64,000 nucleotides of DNA from Candidatus Methylomirabilota bacterium (GCA_035457825.1 DATIAY010000159.1:64378-128377); one strand, 5' to 3'. Counted from the stretch's first letter, positions 1 through 11,374 are shown. Notes: generated by a model from the letters alone, not told the origin. Numbers and translations are program-made.

Positions 1-31
1 CGCCATCTACTTCGCCCGGACGGAACAGTGA
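1..31 (+). CDS. 3' end of upstream CDS, probably NADH-quinone oxidoreductase subunit J (cut by window edge)
   Basis: Frame 2 reads ...AIYFARTEQ then TGA at 29-31. This overlaps the GTG start of nuoK (GTGA junction). It sits directly upstream of nuoK-L-M-N. Confidence 0.3.
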   Translation, partial: AIYFARTEQ

Positions 32-333
32 CCGTGGGACTGCACGCCTACCTGGTGCTCGCGGCCCTGGTCTTCGCCATCGGCCTGTTCGGCGTGCTGA
101 CCCGGAGAAACGCCATCGGTATCCTGCTCGGCATCGAGCTCATGCTGAACGCCGTCAACATCAACCTGGTAGCCTTTGCCCGCTTCCACGCCGACCTGGT
201 CGGTGTGATCTTCACGCTCTTCACGATCTCGATCACCGTCGCCGAGGTGGGCCTGGGACTGGCCATTGTCATCGCGATCTTCCGCGTGCGAAAAACGATC
301 GAGGCCGACCACCTCCACCTCTTGCGGGGCTAG
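28..333 (+). CDS. nuoK: NADH-quinone oxidoreductase subunit K (copy 1)
   Basis: 101 aa with three hydrophobic helices. GIELMLNAVN and AIFRVR motifs are typical of NuoK/ND4L. Followed by nuoL after 2 nt. Confidence 0.9.
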   Translation: MTVGLHAYLVLAALVFAIGLFGVLTRRNAIGILLGIELMLNAVNINLVAFARFHADLVGVIFTLFTISITVAEVGLGLAIVIAIFRVRKTIEADHLHLLRG

Positions 334-335
334 CC

Positions 336-2153
336 ATGGACCTGACGGCCGCGGCCCTTCGGGTGCTCCTGCTCCCCTTTGTGGCCTTTCTCGTCCTGGC
401 CCTGGTGGCCCCGCTTCGGCGCACGGGTCGATGGGCCGGGTGGCTCTCCATCGCCGCCGTTGGCGTGGCCGCCATCCAGGCGCTGACCATCTGGGTCCAG
501 GGCGGGCGGGCCGGGGCCTCCTGGGCGTGGATCCCGGCCGACGGCGGGCCCATGGCCACCGTGGGAATCATGGTGGACGAGCTGTCGGCGGCCATGCTCG
601 TGCTGGTCACGCTCGTCTCGCTGCTGGTTCAGGTCTACTCGCTGGGCTACCTGGACACGGAGCCCGCCCCGGCCCTGGGACGCTACTACACCTACCAGTC
701 CCTCTTCGCCTTCTCGATGCTGGGCCTGGTGCTGGCGCCGAGCTTCTTGCAGATGTTCGTGTTCTGGGAGCTGGTGGGACTCTGTTCCTACCTGCTCATC
801 GGCTACTGGTACGACCGGCCGGCGGCCGCGCGCGCGGCGGTCAAGGCGTTCTGGATCACCCGGCTGGGGGATGTGGGCTTCGTCATCGGTATCGTCATGC
901 TGTGGGCCGCGACCGGCACCTTCGAGTTCGCCGCGCTGTTTCGCATGGCCGAGCAGCACGCGCTGGTTGTGGACGGCCTCAGCACCATCATGTTCCTGAT
1001 CTATCTGGGTGCCGTCGGCAAGTCCGCCCAGTTTCCGCTCCATGTGTGGCTGCCCGACGCCATGGAAGGCCCGACCCCGGTATCGGCGCTGATCCACGCG
1101 GCCACCATGGTCACGGCCGGCGTCTTCCTGGTGGCCCGGGCCATGCCGCTCTTCGCGCTCGCTCCCGACGTGCTGGTCCTGATCGGGTGGGTGGGGGCGT
1201 TCACTGCGCTCCTCGCCGCCACGATGGCGTGCGTCGAGAGTGACATCAAGCGCGTGCTGGCCTACTCGACCGTTTCCCAACTCGGCTACATGATGGCTGC
1301 CGCCGGGGCCGGGGCCGCCGACGCGGGATTCTTGCACCTGTTGACGCACGGCGTGTTCAAGGCGCTGCTCTTCCTCGGCGCCGGCGCCGTCATCCACGCC
1401 GTGGGCACCAACGACATCTTCCGGATGGGGGGCCTCTTTCGGGCCCTGCCGCAGACGGGGATCGTCTTCATCGTCGGCACGCTGGCCCTCAGCGGTGTAT
1501 GGCCCCTGGCCGGCTTCTTCTCCAAGGAGGCGATCCTGGCCGGGGTGCTCGAGGGCCGGATGGTCGGGCCCTTCCTCCTGCTCGCCCTGACCGCATTCCT
1601 GACGACCTTTTACATGTTCCGGGTGGTGCTCATCGCCTTTTTCGGCCGGCCCCACGCTGGCGTCCACCCCCATGACGCCCCTCCGCTCATGGCCGTCCCC
1701 TTGTGGATCCTGGCCGCCCTCACTGTGGGGCTCGGCGTGCGCTTCGCCGTGGTGGGCGCCGGCGACCACCACGGACCCGCGTGGCTCGCTCCGCTCTCAC
1801 TCGGTCTGGCCGCAGGGGGATTCTTGCTCGCGGTGGCGATGTACCAGCGGACCCTGATCGATCCCGCTCGGGTCGCCGCTGCGCTCAGTCCGTTGTACGG
1901 GCTGGCCCGTCATCGCTACGGGATCGACGCCCTCTACGGCGCCCTCTATCGCGGTTTCCTTCTCGGCTTTTCCCGGCTGATCGGCTGGATCGACCGGTAC
2001 CTGGTGGACGGGTTGCTCAATGTGCTGAGCGCATGGACGCTGCGTGGCGGTGACGTCCTGCGGCGCGTGCAGACCGGCCAGGCCCAGGACTATGTCTACG
2101 GCGTGGCCTTCGGTGTTCTCGTGCTCCTCGTCTGGGCCCAATGGGCGCGCTAG
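336..2153 (+). CDS. nuoL: NADH-quinone oxidoreductase subunit L
   Basis: 605 aa polytopic membrane protein with the antiporter-like motif HVWLPDAMEGPTPVSALIHAATMV. The long C-terminal extension is typical of NuoL/ND5. Confidence 0.9.
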   Translation: MDLTAAALRVLLLPFVAFLVLALVAPLRRTGRWAGWLSIAAVGVAAIQALTIWVQGGRAGASWAWIPADGGPMATVGIMVDELSAAMLVLVTLVSLLVQVYSLGYLDTEPAPALGRYYTYQSLFAFSMLGLVLAPSFLQMFVFWELVGLCSYLLIGYWYDRPAAARAAVKAFWITRLGDVGFVIGIVMLWAATGTFEFAALFRMAEQHALVVDGLSTIMFLIYLGAVGKSAQFPLHVWLPDAMEGPTPVSALIHAATMVTAGVFLVARAMPLFALAPDVLVLIGWVGAFTALLAATMACVESDIKRVLAYSTVSQLGYMMAAAGAGAADAGFLHLLTHGVFKALLFLGAGAVIHAVGTNDIFRMGGLFRALPQTGIVFIVGTLALSGVWPLAGFFSKEAILAGVLEGRMVGPFLLLALTAFLTTFYMFRVVLIAFFGRPHAGVHPHDAPPLMAVPLWILAALTVGLGVRFAVVGAGDHHGPAWLAPLSLGLAAGGFLLAVAMYQRTLIDPARVAAALSPLYGLARHRYGIDALYGALYRGFLLGFSRLIGWIDRYLVDGLLNVLSAWTLRGGDVLRRVQTGQAQDYVYGVAFGVLVLLVWAQWAR

Positions 2154-2157
2154 AGCC

Positions 2158-3687
2158 ATGACCGCCGTCCCGATGCTCACCCTCATCACCTGGGCGCCCT
2201 TCCTGGGCGCGCTGCTCATCATGTTCACGGCCCGGCGCTCGCCGCTGGCCGTTCGGCTCATCGCCACGGTTTCCACCAGCGTGTCCACGGCGCTCTCGCT
2301 GTGGATCTTCGTCGTGTACGACCGGGAGGCGGCGGGCTTCCAATTCTACGAGAAGCTTCCCCTGGTGCCTCCGCTAGGTGTCGCCTACGAGCTGGGCGTC
2401 GACGGGATGAGCCTGCTGATGGTCCTGCTCACGTCGATCATCATCTTCGCCGGCGTGTTCGCCTCGTGGACGATCGCCGTGCGCAGCCAGGAGTTCTACG
2501 CGCTCCTGCTGGTCCTGGTCACCGGCGTCTACGGCGTCTTCGTCTCTCTCGACCTCTTCGTCTTCTTCCTCTTCTACGAGCTGGCTGTCCTGCCGATGTA
2601 TCTGCTGATCGGAATCTGGGGCTCCAGCGGCGAGATCCGGCCCCGCGGCATCTTCGCCTGGGCGGTCCGGGAGACAGGTGTCGGCACCAAAGAATATGCG
2701 GCCATGAAGCTGACGCTGTACCTGCTCTTCGGCTCGGCCTTCATCCTGGTGGGGATCTTTGCCCTCTACGTCACCGCGGGGGCCGCCTCCTTCTCCTTCG
2801 TGGACCTGGAAGTCGCGACGTTCGACCCCGGCGTCCAGCGCTGGGTCTTCCTTGCTTTCTACGTGGGCTTCGGGATTCTTGCCGGCATCTGGCCTCTGCA
2901 CACGTGGTCGCCGGACGGCCACGCCTCGGCGCCCACCGCCGTCTCCATGCTCCACGCCGGGGTGCTCATGAAGCTCGGCGCCTACGGGGTGGTCCGTCTG
3001 GGCATGGGACTGCTACCGGAGGGCACCCGCGAGCTGGCCTGGCTCATGGGGACGGTGGCGTGCATCAACATCGTCTATGGCGCGCTCTCGGCCATGGCCC
3101 AGACCGATCTCAAGTACGTGATCGCCTACTCGTCGGTCTCGCACATGGGCATCGTCATGCTGGGCGCGGCCACGCTGACCGAGGCCGGCCTCAACGGCTC
3201 GGTGTTCCAGATGTTCGCGCACGGCATCATGACGGGGCTCTTCTTCGCCCTGGTGGGTCTGGTCTACGAGAAAGCCCACTCGCGGGAGATCTTCAAGATG
3301 GGCGGTTTCGGGCGCGCGATGCCGGGCATCGCCACCGCGTTCACGGTGGGTGGCCTCTCCTCCCTGGGGTTACCGGCGACGGCCGGCTTCGTGGCGGAGA
3401 TCCTGACGTTCATGGGCGCCTGGCGGTCGGCGCACGCCTGGTGGCTGTTCCCGGCGGTGGCCGGCACTTTCCTCACCGCGGTGTACGTGCTCCGGGTGGC
3501 CAGGCAGATTTTCTGGGGGCCAGCCTCCCCGCACTTCCACAATCTGGTAGACGCCCGCGGGCCGGAGTGGGTGGCGCTGGTCGTGCTGGTGGCCGTGCTG
3601 GTGATCTTCGGCATGGTTCCGGCGCTCGCGCTGGCGCCCGTCGACATCGCGACGGTGCCGTTGCTGGCGAGGATCCTCGGGCCATGA
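2158..3687 (+). CDS. nuoM: NADH-quinone oxidoreductase subunit M
   Basis: ATG at 2158, just after the nuoL stop. The track start at 2044 is an in-frame upstream extension. HTWSPDGHASAPTAVSMLHAGVLMKLG motif of NuoM/ND4. Confidence 0.9.
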   Translation: MTAVPMLTLITWAPFLGALLIMFTARRSPLAVRLIATVSTSVSTALSLWIFVVYDREAAGFQFYEKLPLVPPLGVAYELGVDGMSLLMVLLTSIIIFAGVFASWTIAVRSQEFYALLLVLVTGVYGVFVSLDLFVFFLFYELAVLPMYLLIGIWGSSGEIRPRGIFAWAVRETGVGTKEYAAMKLTLYLLFGSAFILVGIFALYVTAGAASFSFVDLEVATFDPGVQRWVFLAFYVGFGILAGIWPLHTWSPDGHASAPTAVSMLHAGVLMKLGAYGVVRLGMGLLPEGTRELAWLMGTVACINIVYGALSAMAQTDLKYVIAYSSVSHMGIVMLGAATLTEAGLNGSVFQMFAHGIMTGLFFALVGLVYEKAHSREIFKMGGFGRAMPGIATAFTVGGLSSLGLPATAGFVAEILTFMGAWRSAHAWWLFPAVAGTFLTAVYVLRVARQIFWGPASPHFHNLVDARGPEWVALVVLVAVLVIFGMVPALALAPVDIATVPLLARILGP

Positions 3688-5093
3688 CTCCGTTCCTGCT
3701 CGAGCTCGGATTGGCGGCGCTGATCCTCGTCGTGTTCGTCGCCACGCTGCTGGCCCGCGGCGAAGACCGTCGCTGGGTGGGCTGGCTGGCCGCCGCCGGG
3801 GTGTTGGTCCTCGGTGCGCTCGCGGTGGCCGTGCCCCAGACCCCCGATGCGCTGGGGGGAATGTTCGTCCAGGACGGACTGGCCCTCTTCGCCAAACGGT
3901 TGCTCCTGGCCGCGACCTTCATCGGGCTTCTCGGCGGCCTCGGGCAACCGGGTGTCGTCTTCGCCCGGCGAGCCGGGGAGTACCACCTGCTGCTCCTGGC
4001 TTCGCTGCTGGGCATGCTGGTGCTGGCCTCGGCCCGGGACCTGATTTTATTGTTCGTGGCCTTCGAGCTGATGTCCATTCCGCTCTACGTGCTCTCCGGT
4101 TTCGCCAAGCGCGAGCCGACGGCAGTGGAAGCGGCGCTGAAGTTCTTCCTGGTGGGCAGCGTGTCTTCGGCGGTGATGGCGTACGGGCTCTCCTTCGTCT
4201 ACGGGTCGGTCCGGACGACCAGCCTGGACGATGTGGCCAAGGCGCTCGCCGCCGGGGACCCGCTCCTCGTCCTGGGGCTCCTGACCGCCTTCGCAGGCTT
4301 CGGGTTCAAGATCGCGGCTTTTCCCTTTCATATGTGGGTACCGGACACCTACGAGGCGGCTCCCACGCCGTTCGTGGCCTGGCTGTCAGTGGCGCCGAAA
4401 GCGGCCGGCTTCGTGGCGTTGTTCCGTGTCTACTTCGAAGGTGTAGGCCCGGAGGCGGCCCGCTGGATGCCCGTGGCGGCGGGCCTGGCCGCGATCACGA
4501 TCATAGCCGGCAATCTCATGGCCCTGCCTCAGCAGAATGCCAAGCGGCTGCTGGCCTACTCGGGCATCGCCCACATCGGCTACATGCTGATCGGGGTTGC
4601 CGCAGCGTCGGCGGTGGGGACGGCGATGGTCCTCTTCTACCTGGTCGCCTACGTCTTCGGCAACATGGGCGCCTTTCTCGTGGTCGAAGCGGTAGCCCGT
4701 GCCGAGGGCTCGGAGCACGTCGCCGCCCTTCGCGGACTCGCCCAGCGCTCCCCCCTGCTGGCGCTGGCGATGCTCCTGTTCCTGCTCTCCCTGGGTGGCA
4801 TCCCCTTCGTGGCGGGCTTTTGGGCGAAGCTCTACGTGTTCTGGGCAGCGGCCGGGGCGGGCCTGTACTGGCTGGTCCTCCTCGGCGCGATCCTCACCGT
4901 GGTCGCCCTCTTCTACTACCTGATCGTTGCCAAGCGGATGTACATCGAGTCGCCGCCACGTGGCGAACGGGTGCCCGTCGAGGCGACTTTAGCCGTGGCC
5001 CTGCTGCTGTGCGCTGTTGGCGTGGTGGTGCTCGGGCTGTATCCCAAGCCCGTCGTCATGGCGGCTCTGCGGGTCGCCACCCCGCTCTTTTGA
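3684..5093 (+). CDS. nuoN: NADH-quinone oxidoreductase subunit N
   Basis: ATG at 3684 overlaps the nuoM stop (ATGA). FPFHMWVPDTYEAAPTPFVAWLSVAPKAAG motif of NuoN/ND2. The 930-aa track ORF from 2301 is a spurious upstream extension. Confidence 0.9.
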   Translation: MTPFLLELGLAALILVVFVATLLARGEDRRWVGWLAAAGVLVLGALAVAVPQTPDALGGMFVQDGLALFAKRLLLAATFIGLLGGLGQPGVVFARRAGEYHLLLLASLLGMLVLASARDLILLFVAFELMSIPLYVLSGFAKREPTAVEAALKFFLVGSVSSAVMAYGLSFVYGSVRTTSLDDVAKALAAGDPLLVLGLLTAFAGFGFKIAAFPFHMWVPDTYEAAPTPFVAWLSVAPKAAGFVALFRVYFEGVGPEAARWMPVAAGLAAITIIAGNLMALPQQNAKRLLAYSGIAHIGYMLIGVAAASAVGTAMVLFYLVAYVFGNMGAFLVVEAVARAEGSEHVAALRGLAQRSPLLALAMLLFLLSLGGIPFVAGFWAKLYVFWAAAGAGLYWLVLLGAILTVVALFYYLIVAKRMYIESPPRGERVPVEATLAVALLLCAVGVVVLGLYPKPVVMAALRVATPLF

Positions 5094-5168
5094 TCGAAGG
5101 GGGCCTCGACGGCCCCCTCCGAGGCCTCCCCCAGGAAGATCGCGCGGGCCTGGCCTGCGCAGGAACCC
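5094..5168 (-). repeat. Double-hairpin dispersed repeat, family 1, copy A (inverted relative to copies B and C)
   Basis: The reverse complement (gggttcctgcgcaggccaggcccgcgcgatcttcctgggggaggcctcggagggggccgtcgaggcccccttcga) aligns with 30262-30346. The stretch cggagggggccgtcgaggccccct is identical. Starts right after the nuoN stop. Confidence 0.7.
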
Positions 5169-5182
5169 GCCGAATTTCTTGG

Positions 5183-5211
5183 TTGACGCGGTGTGTCTTT
5201 GCAGGTAATTC
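5183..5211 (+). promoter_or_regulatory. Candidate sigma70 promoter of the TetR/ECF-sigma operon
   Basis: TTGACG (5183-5188), 17-nt spacer, TAATTC (5206-5211). Confidence 0.45.
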
Positions 5212-5212
5212 T

Positions 5213-5232
5213 TGTACCGACTGGTCGGTACA
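5213..5232. promoter_or_regulatory. Perfect palindromic operator candidate (TGTACCGAC-TG-GTCGGTACA)
   Basis: Perfect inverted repeat with 9-bp arms, lying between the -10 box and the GTG start of the TetR gene. This is the typical position for a TetR autoregulatory operator. Confidence 0.55.
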
Positions 5233-5859
5233 GTGACGACAACACAGCCTAAGTCCAGGGACGGCAAGCAGACGCGCGAGACGATCGTCGCCGCGGCGAC
5301 GCGTCTCATGCCGATCAAGGGCTACCACGGGACCTCGCTCGATGACGTACTGCGCGAGAGCGGCGTGGGCAAGGGCAGCTTCTACCACTTCTTCCGAAGC
5401 AAGGAGGAGCTCGGTCACGCCATCCTCGACACGATCATCACCGCGTTCATCGAACAGACCGTCGACCCGTGCTTCGCGGATCCCCGGGGTGAGCCTCTGG
5501 ACCAGATCCGCTGTTTCCTCGATCGGGTGGTGGCGGCTCAGCGCGCCCACAACTGCGTAGGGGGCTGCCCGTTAGGCAACCTCGCCTCCGAGCTGTCGGA
5601 CGTCCACGAGGGCTTCCGGGCCCGCCTGGCCCAGGTGTTCTTGACCTGGCGAGACCGCCTCACCTTGGCCCTGCGGGAGGCCCAGCGGCGGCATGCGCTG
5701 AGCGACGCCTGCCGGCCCGAGGCGGTGGCCCACTTCCTGGTTGCCTCGCTCGAGGGCGCGATTCTCATGACGAAGGTGACCAGGGACATCACGGTGATGG
5801 AGCAGTGCGTGGACGAGGTGAAGCGCCACCTCGCACTGTACGGGAGCGACCGTCGGTGA
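5233..5859 (+). CDS. TetR/AcrR family transcriptional regulator
   Basis: N-terminal HTH region: ETIVAAATRLMPIKGYHGTSLDDVLRESGVGKGSFYHFFRSKEEL. I prefer the GTG at 5233, because the track start at 5212 lies inside the operator and promoter. Confidence 0.8.
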   Translation: MTTTQPKSRDGKQTRETIVAAATRLMPIKGYHGTSLDDVLRESGVGKGSFYHFFRSKEELGHAILDTIITAFIEQTVDPCFADPRGEPLDQIRCFLDRVVAAQRAHNCVGGCPLGNLASELSDVHEGFRARLAQVFLTWRDRLTLALREAQRRHALSDACRPEAVAHFLVASLEGAILMTKVTRDITVMEQCVDEVKRHLALYGSDRR

Positions 5860-6461
5860 GCGTGACCGACCGTCACCGCGAAGATCCGGACGCCGCGCTC
5901 GTGGTAGCGCTGCGGCGAGAAACGCCGGAGGCCATGGAGCAGCTCGTGGAGCGCTACGCGAACCGCGTCTATCGGCTCGCGCTGCGCATCACGGGTTCGC
6001 ACGAAGACGCCGAGGAGGTGACGCAGGACGCGCTCTGGACGGCTGGGCGGAAGGTCCACACCTTCAAAGGTGAGTCGGCCTTCGGTAGCTGGGTCTACCG
6101 CATCACCGCCAACGCGGCCTATATGAAGCTGCGCGCGCGACGGGCCAAGGCCAACGAGATCGCCCTGGACGACGTGCTGCCGGCGATCGACGGGGGGCAC
6201 TTCGAGCCCATGGACGACTGGTCGCCCCGGGTGGACGAGCAGGCCCTGCAGGGTGAGCTCCGGCGGGTGCTGGAAGAGGCGATCGACCAGCTGCCGGCCG
6301 ACTATCGGACCGCCCTCGTCCTGCATGATATCGAGGGGCTGTCGAATCCCGACATCGCAGAGGCTCTGGGCATCAGCCTGCCCGCCGTGAAGTCGCGCGT
6401 TCACCGCTCGCGCCTGTTCGTGCGCAAGCAGTTGGCCGCATACCTGACTCCCGCTGTCTGA
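5856..6461 (+). CDS. ECF-type RNA polymerase sigma-70 family factor
   Basis: Region 2 (VYRLALRITGSHEDAEEVTQDALWTA...FGSWVYRITANAAY) and region 4 (LPADYRTALVLHDIEGLSNPDIAEALGISLPAVKSRVHRSR). The GTG at 5856 overlaps the TetR stop. Confidence 0.85.
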   Translation: MSVTDRHREDPDAALVVALRRETPEAMEQLVERYANRVYRLALRITGSHEDAEEVTQDALWTAGRKVHTFKGESAFGSWVYRITANAAYMKLRARRAKANEIALDDVLPAIDGGHFEPMDDWSPRVDEQALQGELRRVLEEAIDQLPADYRTALVLHDIEGLSNPDIAEALGISLPAVKSRVHRSRLFVRKQLAAYLTPAV

Positions 6462-6493
6462 ATAGTGGCCTCGCGCGCAGATTGCTCGTAACC

Positions 6494-6538
6494 GCGCCAC
6501 CCTGGGCTCCGGCCCGCGCGCGGAGCCAGGCGTGGCGC
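6494..6538 (+). terminator. GC-rich imperfect hairpin downstream of the ECF sigma gene
   Basis: gcgccaccctgggctccg ... cggagccaggcgtggcgc, about 17 paired bases with bulges, 33 nt after the stop. No U-tract. Confidence 0.35.
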
Positions 6539-6693
6539 CAGACGGCAGACCGGGCGTGCGGCGCCACACGCTCCTGGGCCAGCCCACCCTGCGCTCTACC
6601 CGAGCACGCGCCGCCGATACAGTTGACGCGGTGCGCGTCGGTGTGGTCAGATAACTGCTTGCCGTCACGAATCCCCGAGGAAGGTCAGAGGCG

Positions 6694-7005
6694 ATGGAAG
6701 CTGTCATCGAAACCGGAGGCAAGCAGTACCGGGTGGCGCCCGGCCAGGTGATCGCCGTGGAGAAGCTGCCCGGTGAGAAGGGTTCGCGGGTCGAGTTTCG
6801 CTCGATCCTGCTCGTGAATCGGGAGGGCGATCTCATCACCGGCGCGGATCGCCTGCGCGGAGCGAAGGTGGCAGGCGAGGTCGTGGGCCAGGGTCGTCGT
6901 CGCAAGGTCCTCGTCGTGAAGTTCAAGCGGCGCAAGAACTACCGCCGGCACCTGGGTCACCGGCAGCCGGCGACACGCGTGCGGATCACGCAGATCGAGG
7001 TGTAA
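6694..7005 (+). CDS. rplU: 50S ribosomal protein L21
   Basis: [25 protein letters not shown]..., 103 aa, followed by rpmA. Confidence 0.95.
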   Translation: MEAVIETGGKQYRVAPGQVIAVEKLPGEKGSRVEFRSILLVNREGDLITGADRLRGAKVAGEVVGQGRRRKVLVVKFKRRKNYRRHLGHRQPATRVRITQIEV

Positions 7006-7009
7006 GGGT

Positions 7010-9454
<2,445 letters not shown>

Positions 9455-9467
9455 GGGGGGGCGGGGC

Positions 9468-10724
9468 ATGGAGGTGAGGACCCTGGTGGAGGGCAAGGCC
9501 CGGGCCGCCCGTGCCGCCGCGCCGGCCCTCGCCCTCTGTCCCACCCGGACCAAGAACGAGGCGCTGCTAGCCATGGCCCGGAGCCTCGAGGAGAAGGCGG
9601 CCGCCCTCATCGAGGCCAACCGGGCAGATGTGGAACGGGCTCGGGGGCAGGGAGCCAGCCGGGCCTTCGTCGACCGCCTCACCCTGACCGAGCCGCGCGT
9701 CGAGGAGATGGCCACAGCCCTGCGCCAGATCGCGGCGCTCCCCGATCCCGTGGGCGCCACCGTGGAGTCCTGGCGCCGGCCGAACGGCATCGAGATCGCG
9801 CAGGTGCGGGTCCCGCTAGGGGTCATCGGGTTCATCTATGAATCGCGCCCCAACGTCACCGCCGATGCCGTCGGGCTTTGCGTGAAGTCAGGGAATGCCG
9901 TGCTCCTCCGGGGTGGGAGCGAGGCGATCGAGTCGAACGGGATGATCGCCTCCGTGCTGACCAAGGCCCTGGAGAAGGCGGGCGGACCCCCCGACGCGAT
10001 CCAGTTCATCGACACGACCGACCGGGAGGCTGTGGCCGCTATGATCCGCCTCAGTGACCTGGTCGACCTCGTCATTCCCCGCGGCGGGGAGGAGTTCGTC
10101 CGCTGGGTCAGCGAGCACTCGCGGGTGCCGATCCTCAAGCACGATCGGGGTCTGGTGCACGTGTTCGTCGACGCCGACGCCGACCTCGACATGGCGACCA
10201 CCATCATCATGAATGCGAAGGTGCAGCGGCCCAGCGTGTGCAACGCGGTGGAGACGCTGCTCGTGGACCGGGACATCGCTCCGCAGTTCCTGCCCGCGGC
10301 CGCTGCCTGCCTCATGCGGGCGGGCGTGGAGCTTCGCGGCTGCTCGCGAACGATGGCGCTCGTCCCGGGTATCCGGCCGGCCACCGAGCGGGATTGGGAT
10401 GAGGAGTACCTGGACCTCATCCTGGCCGTCCGTGTGGTCGACGGCCTCGACGAGGCCATCGCCCACGTCCGGCGCCACGGCTCCGGCCTGGCCGAAGCGA
10501 TCGTCACCAACACCCTGGCCCACGCCCGCCGGTTCACCCGGGAAGTCGACGCCGCCGTGGTCCTCGTCAACGCCTCCACCCGCTTCGTCGACGGCGGCCA
10601 GTTCGGGATGGGCGCCGAGATGGGCATCTCCACTTCCCGCGTTCATGCACGGGGGCCAGTGGGGTTGCGGGAGTTGACCACCACGAAGTATGTCGTGTAC
10701 GGCGACGGCCAGGTGCGGGAGTAG
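9468..10724 (+). CDS. proA: Gamma-glutamyl phosphate reductase
   Basis: 418 aa aldehyde-dehydrogenase fold with IYESRPNVTADA, LRGGSEA and CNAVETLLV motifs. Adjacent to proB. Confidence 0.93.
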   Translation: MEVRTLVEGKARAARAAAPALALCPTRTKNEALLAMARSLEEKAAALIEANRADVERARGQGASRAFVDRLTLTEPRVEEMATALRQIAALPDPVGATVESWRRPNGIEIAQVRVPLGVIGFIYESRPNVTADAVGLCVKSGNAVLLRGGSEAIESNGMIASVLTKALEKAGGPPDAIQFIDTTDREAVAAMIRLSDLVDLVIPRGGEEFVRWVSEHSRVPILKHDRGLVHVFVDADADLDMATTIIMNAKVQRPSVCNAVETLLVDRDIAPQFLPAAAACLMRAGVELRGCSRTMALVPGIRPATERDWDEEYLDLILAVRVVDGLDEAIAHVRRHGSGLAEAIVTNTLAHARRFTREVDAAVVLVNASTRFVDGGQFGMGAEMGISTSRVHARGPVGLRELTTTKYVVYGDGQVRE

Positions 10725-11374
10725 TGACCCGGACCGCGATCCTCGGCGGGTCCTTCAACCCTATCCATTACGGCCATCTTCTGCTGGCCGACGATCTCCT
10801 CGAACGGCTGAGCTTTGATCGTCTGCTCTTCGTGCCGGCCGGGACGCCGCCCCACAAGCCGACCACGACCCTGGCTCCGGCCGCCGACCGCTACGCGATG
10901 GTCAAGCTGGCGGTGGCCGGTCATCCACCCTTCGAGGTCTCTGACCTCGAAGTGCGTCGGTCCGGACCGTCATACACCGTGGACACGCTGGGCGCTCTGG
11001 CCTCTGCGGATCAGGCGCTGTTCTTGATCCTGGGGTCGGAAACTTTCCTCGATCTGTTGTCCTGGCGGGCCCCCCGCCGGATCGCCGAGCTCGCCCGGCT
11101 GGTGGTGGTGCCGCGGGCCGGCAGCGTGTTCGATCCCGAGGCCACGGCCGCCCAGAAGGTGCTTCGCGAGATCGGCGCCCCGCGCTTCGTGGTGTGCGAG
11201 CAGGGGCCCGTTCCCGACGACGGCGTCCTCGTGGTGCACGCCACATCGCTGCCGATCTCGGCCTCCGAGCTCCGGCGGCGCGCCCGCGAGGGCCGCTCGC
11301 TCGCCTATCGACTGCCGCCGGCCGTGGCGGAGTACATCCGCAGCCGGGGGCTCTACGGCGGCGGCCCCGCGTGA
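10724..11374 (+). CDS. nadD: Nicotinate-nucleotide adenylyltransferase
   Basis: ILGGSFNPIHYGHLLLA (the H/TxGH motif), 216 aa. The GTG start shares one base (10724) with the proA stop codon. Confidence 0.9.
   Translation: MTRTAILGGSFNPIHYGHLLLADDLLERLSFDRLLFVPAGTPPHKPTTTLAPAADRYAMVKLAVAGHPPFEVSDLEVRRSGPSYTVDTLGALASADQALFLILGSETFLDLLSWRAPRRIAELARLVVVPRAGSVFDPEATAAQKVLREIGAPRFVVCEQGPVPDDGVLVVHATSLPISASELRRRAREGRSLAYRLPPAVAEYIRSRGLYGGGPA

Noticed and set aside
330-1772. Long antisense ORFs opposite well-supported genes. Examples on the - strand: 330-1772, 5538-6935, 28509-30290, 39965-41761, 43879-45456, 46505-48007, 48385-49845, 54952-56745 and 58466-60112.
   Set aside because: Their translations are low-complexity and Arg/Gly/Pro/Ala-rich, with no recognisable motifs. 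They lie exactly opposite genes with strong family signatures. Such shadow ORFs are expected in high-GC DNA, where stop codons are rare.
2301-3683. The 930-aa ORF beginning at 2301 that continues into nuoN.
   Set aside because: The upstream 460 codons overlap nuoM in another frame and translate to Arg/Gly/Pro-rich nonsense. The NuoN homology starts at the ATG at 3684, which overlaps the nuoM stop.
5162-5181. An ECF-type promoter (GGAAC...GTT) upstream of the TetR/ECF operon.
   Set aside because: The spacer between GGAAC and GTT is about 15 nt, shorter than the 16 to 18 nt seen in the ECF promoters I know. The GGAAC also belongs to repeat family 1, copy A.
6482-6751. An 89-aa ORF after the ECF sigma gene, considered as a possible anti-sigma factor.
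   Set aside because: It has no TM helix, no HxxxCxxC or other anti-sigma motif, and a Trp/Arg/Pro-rich composition. It also runs into the rplU coding region in another frame.
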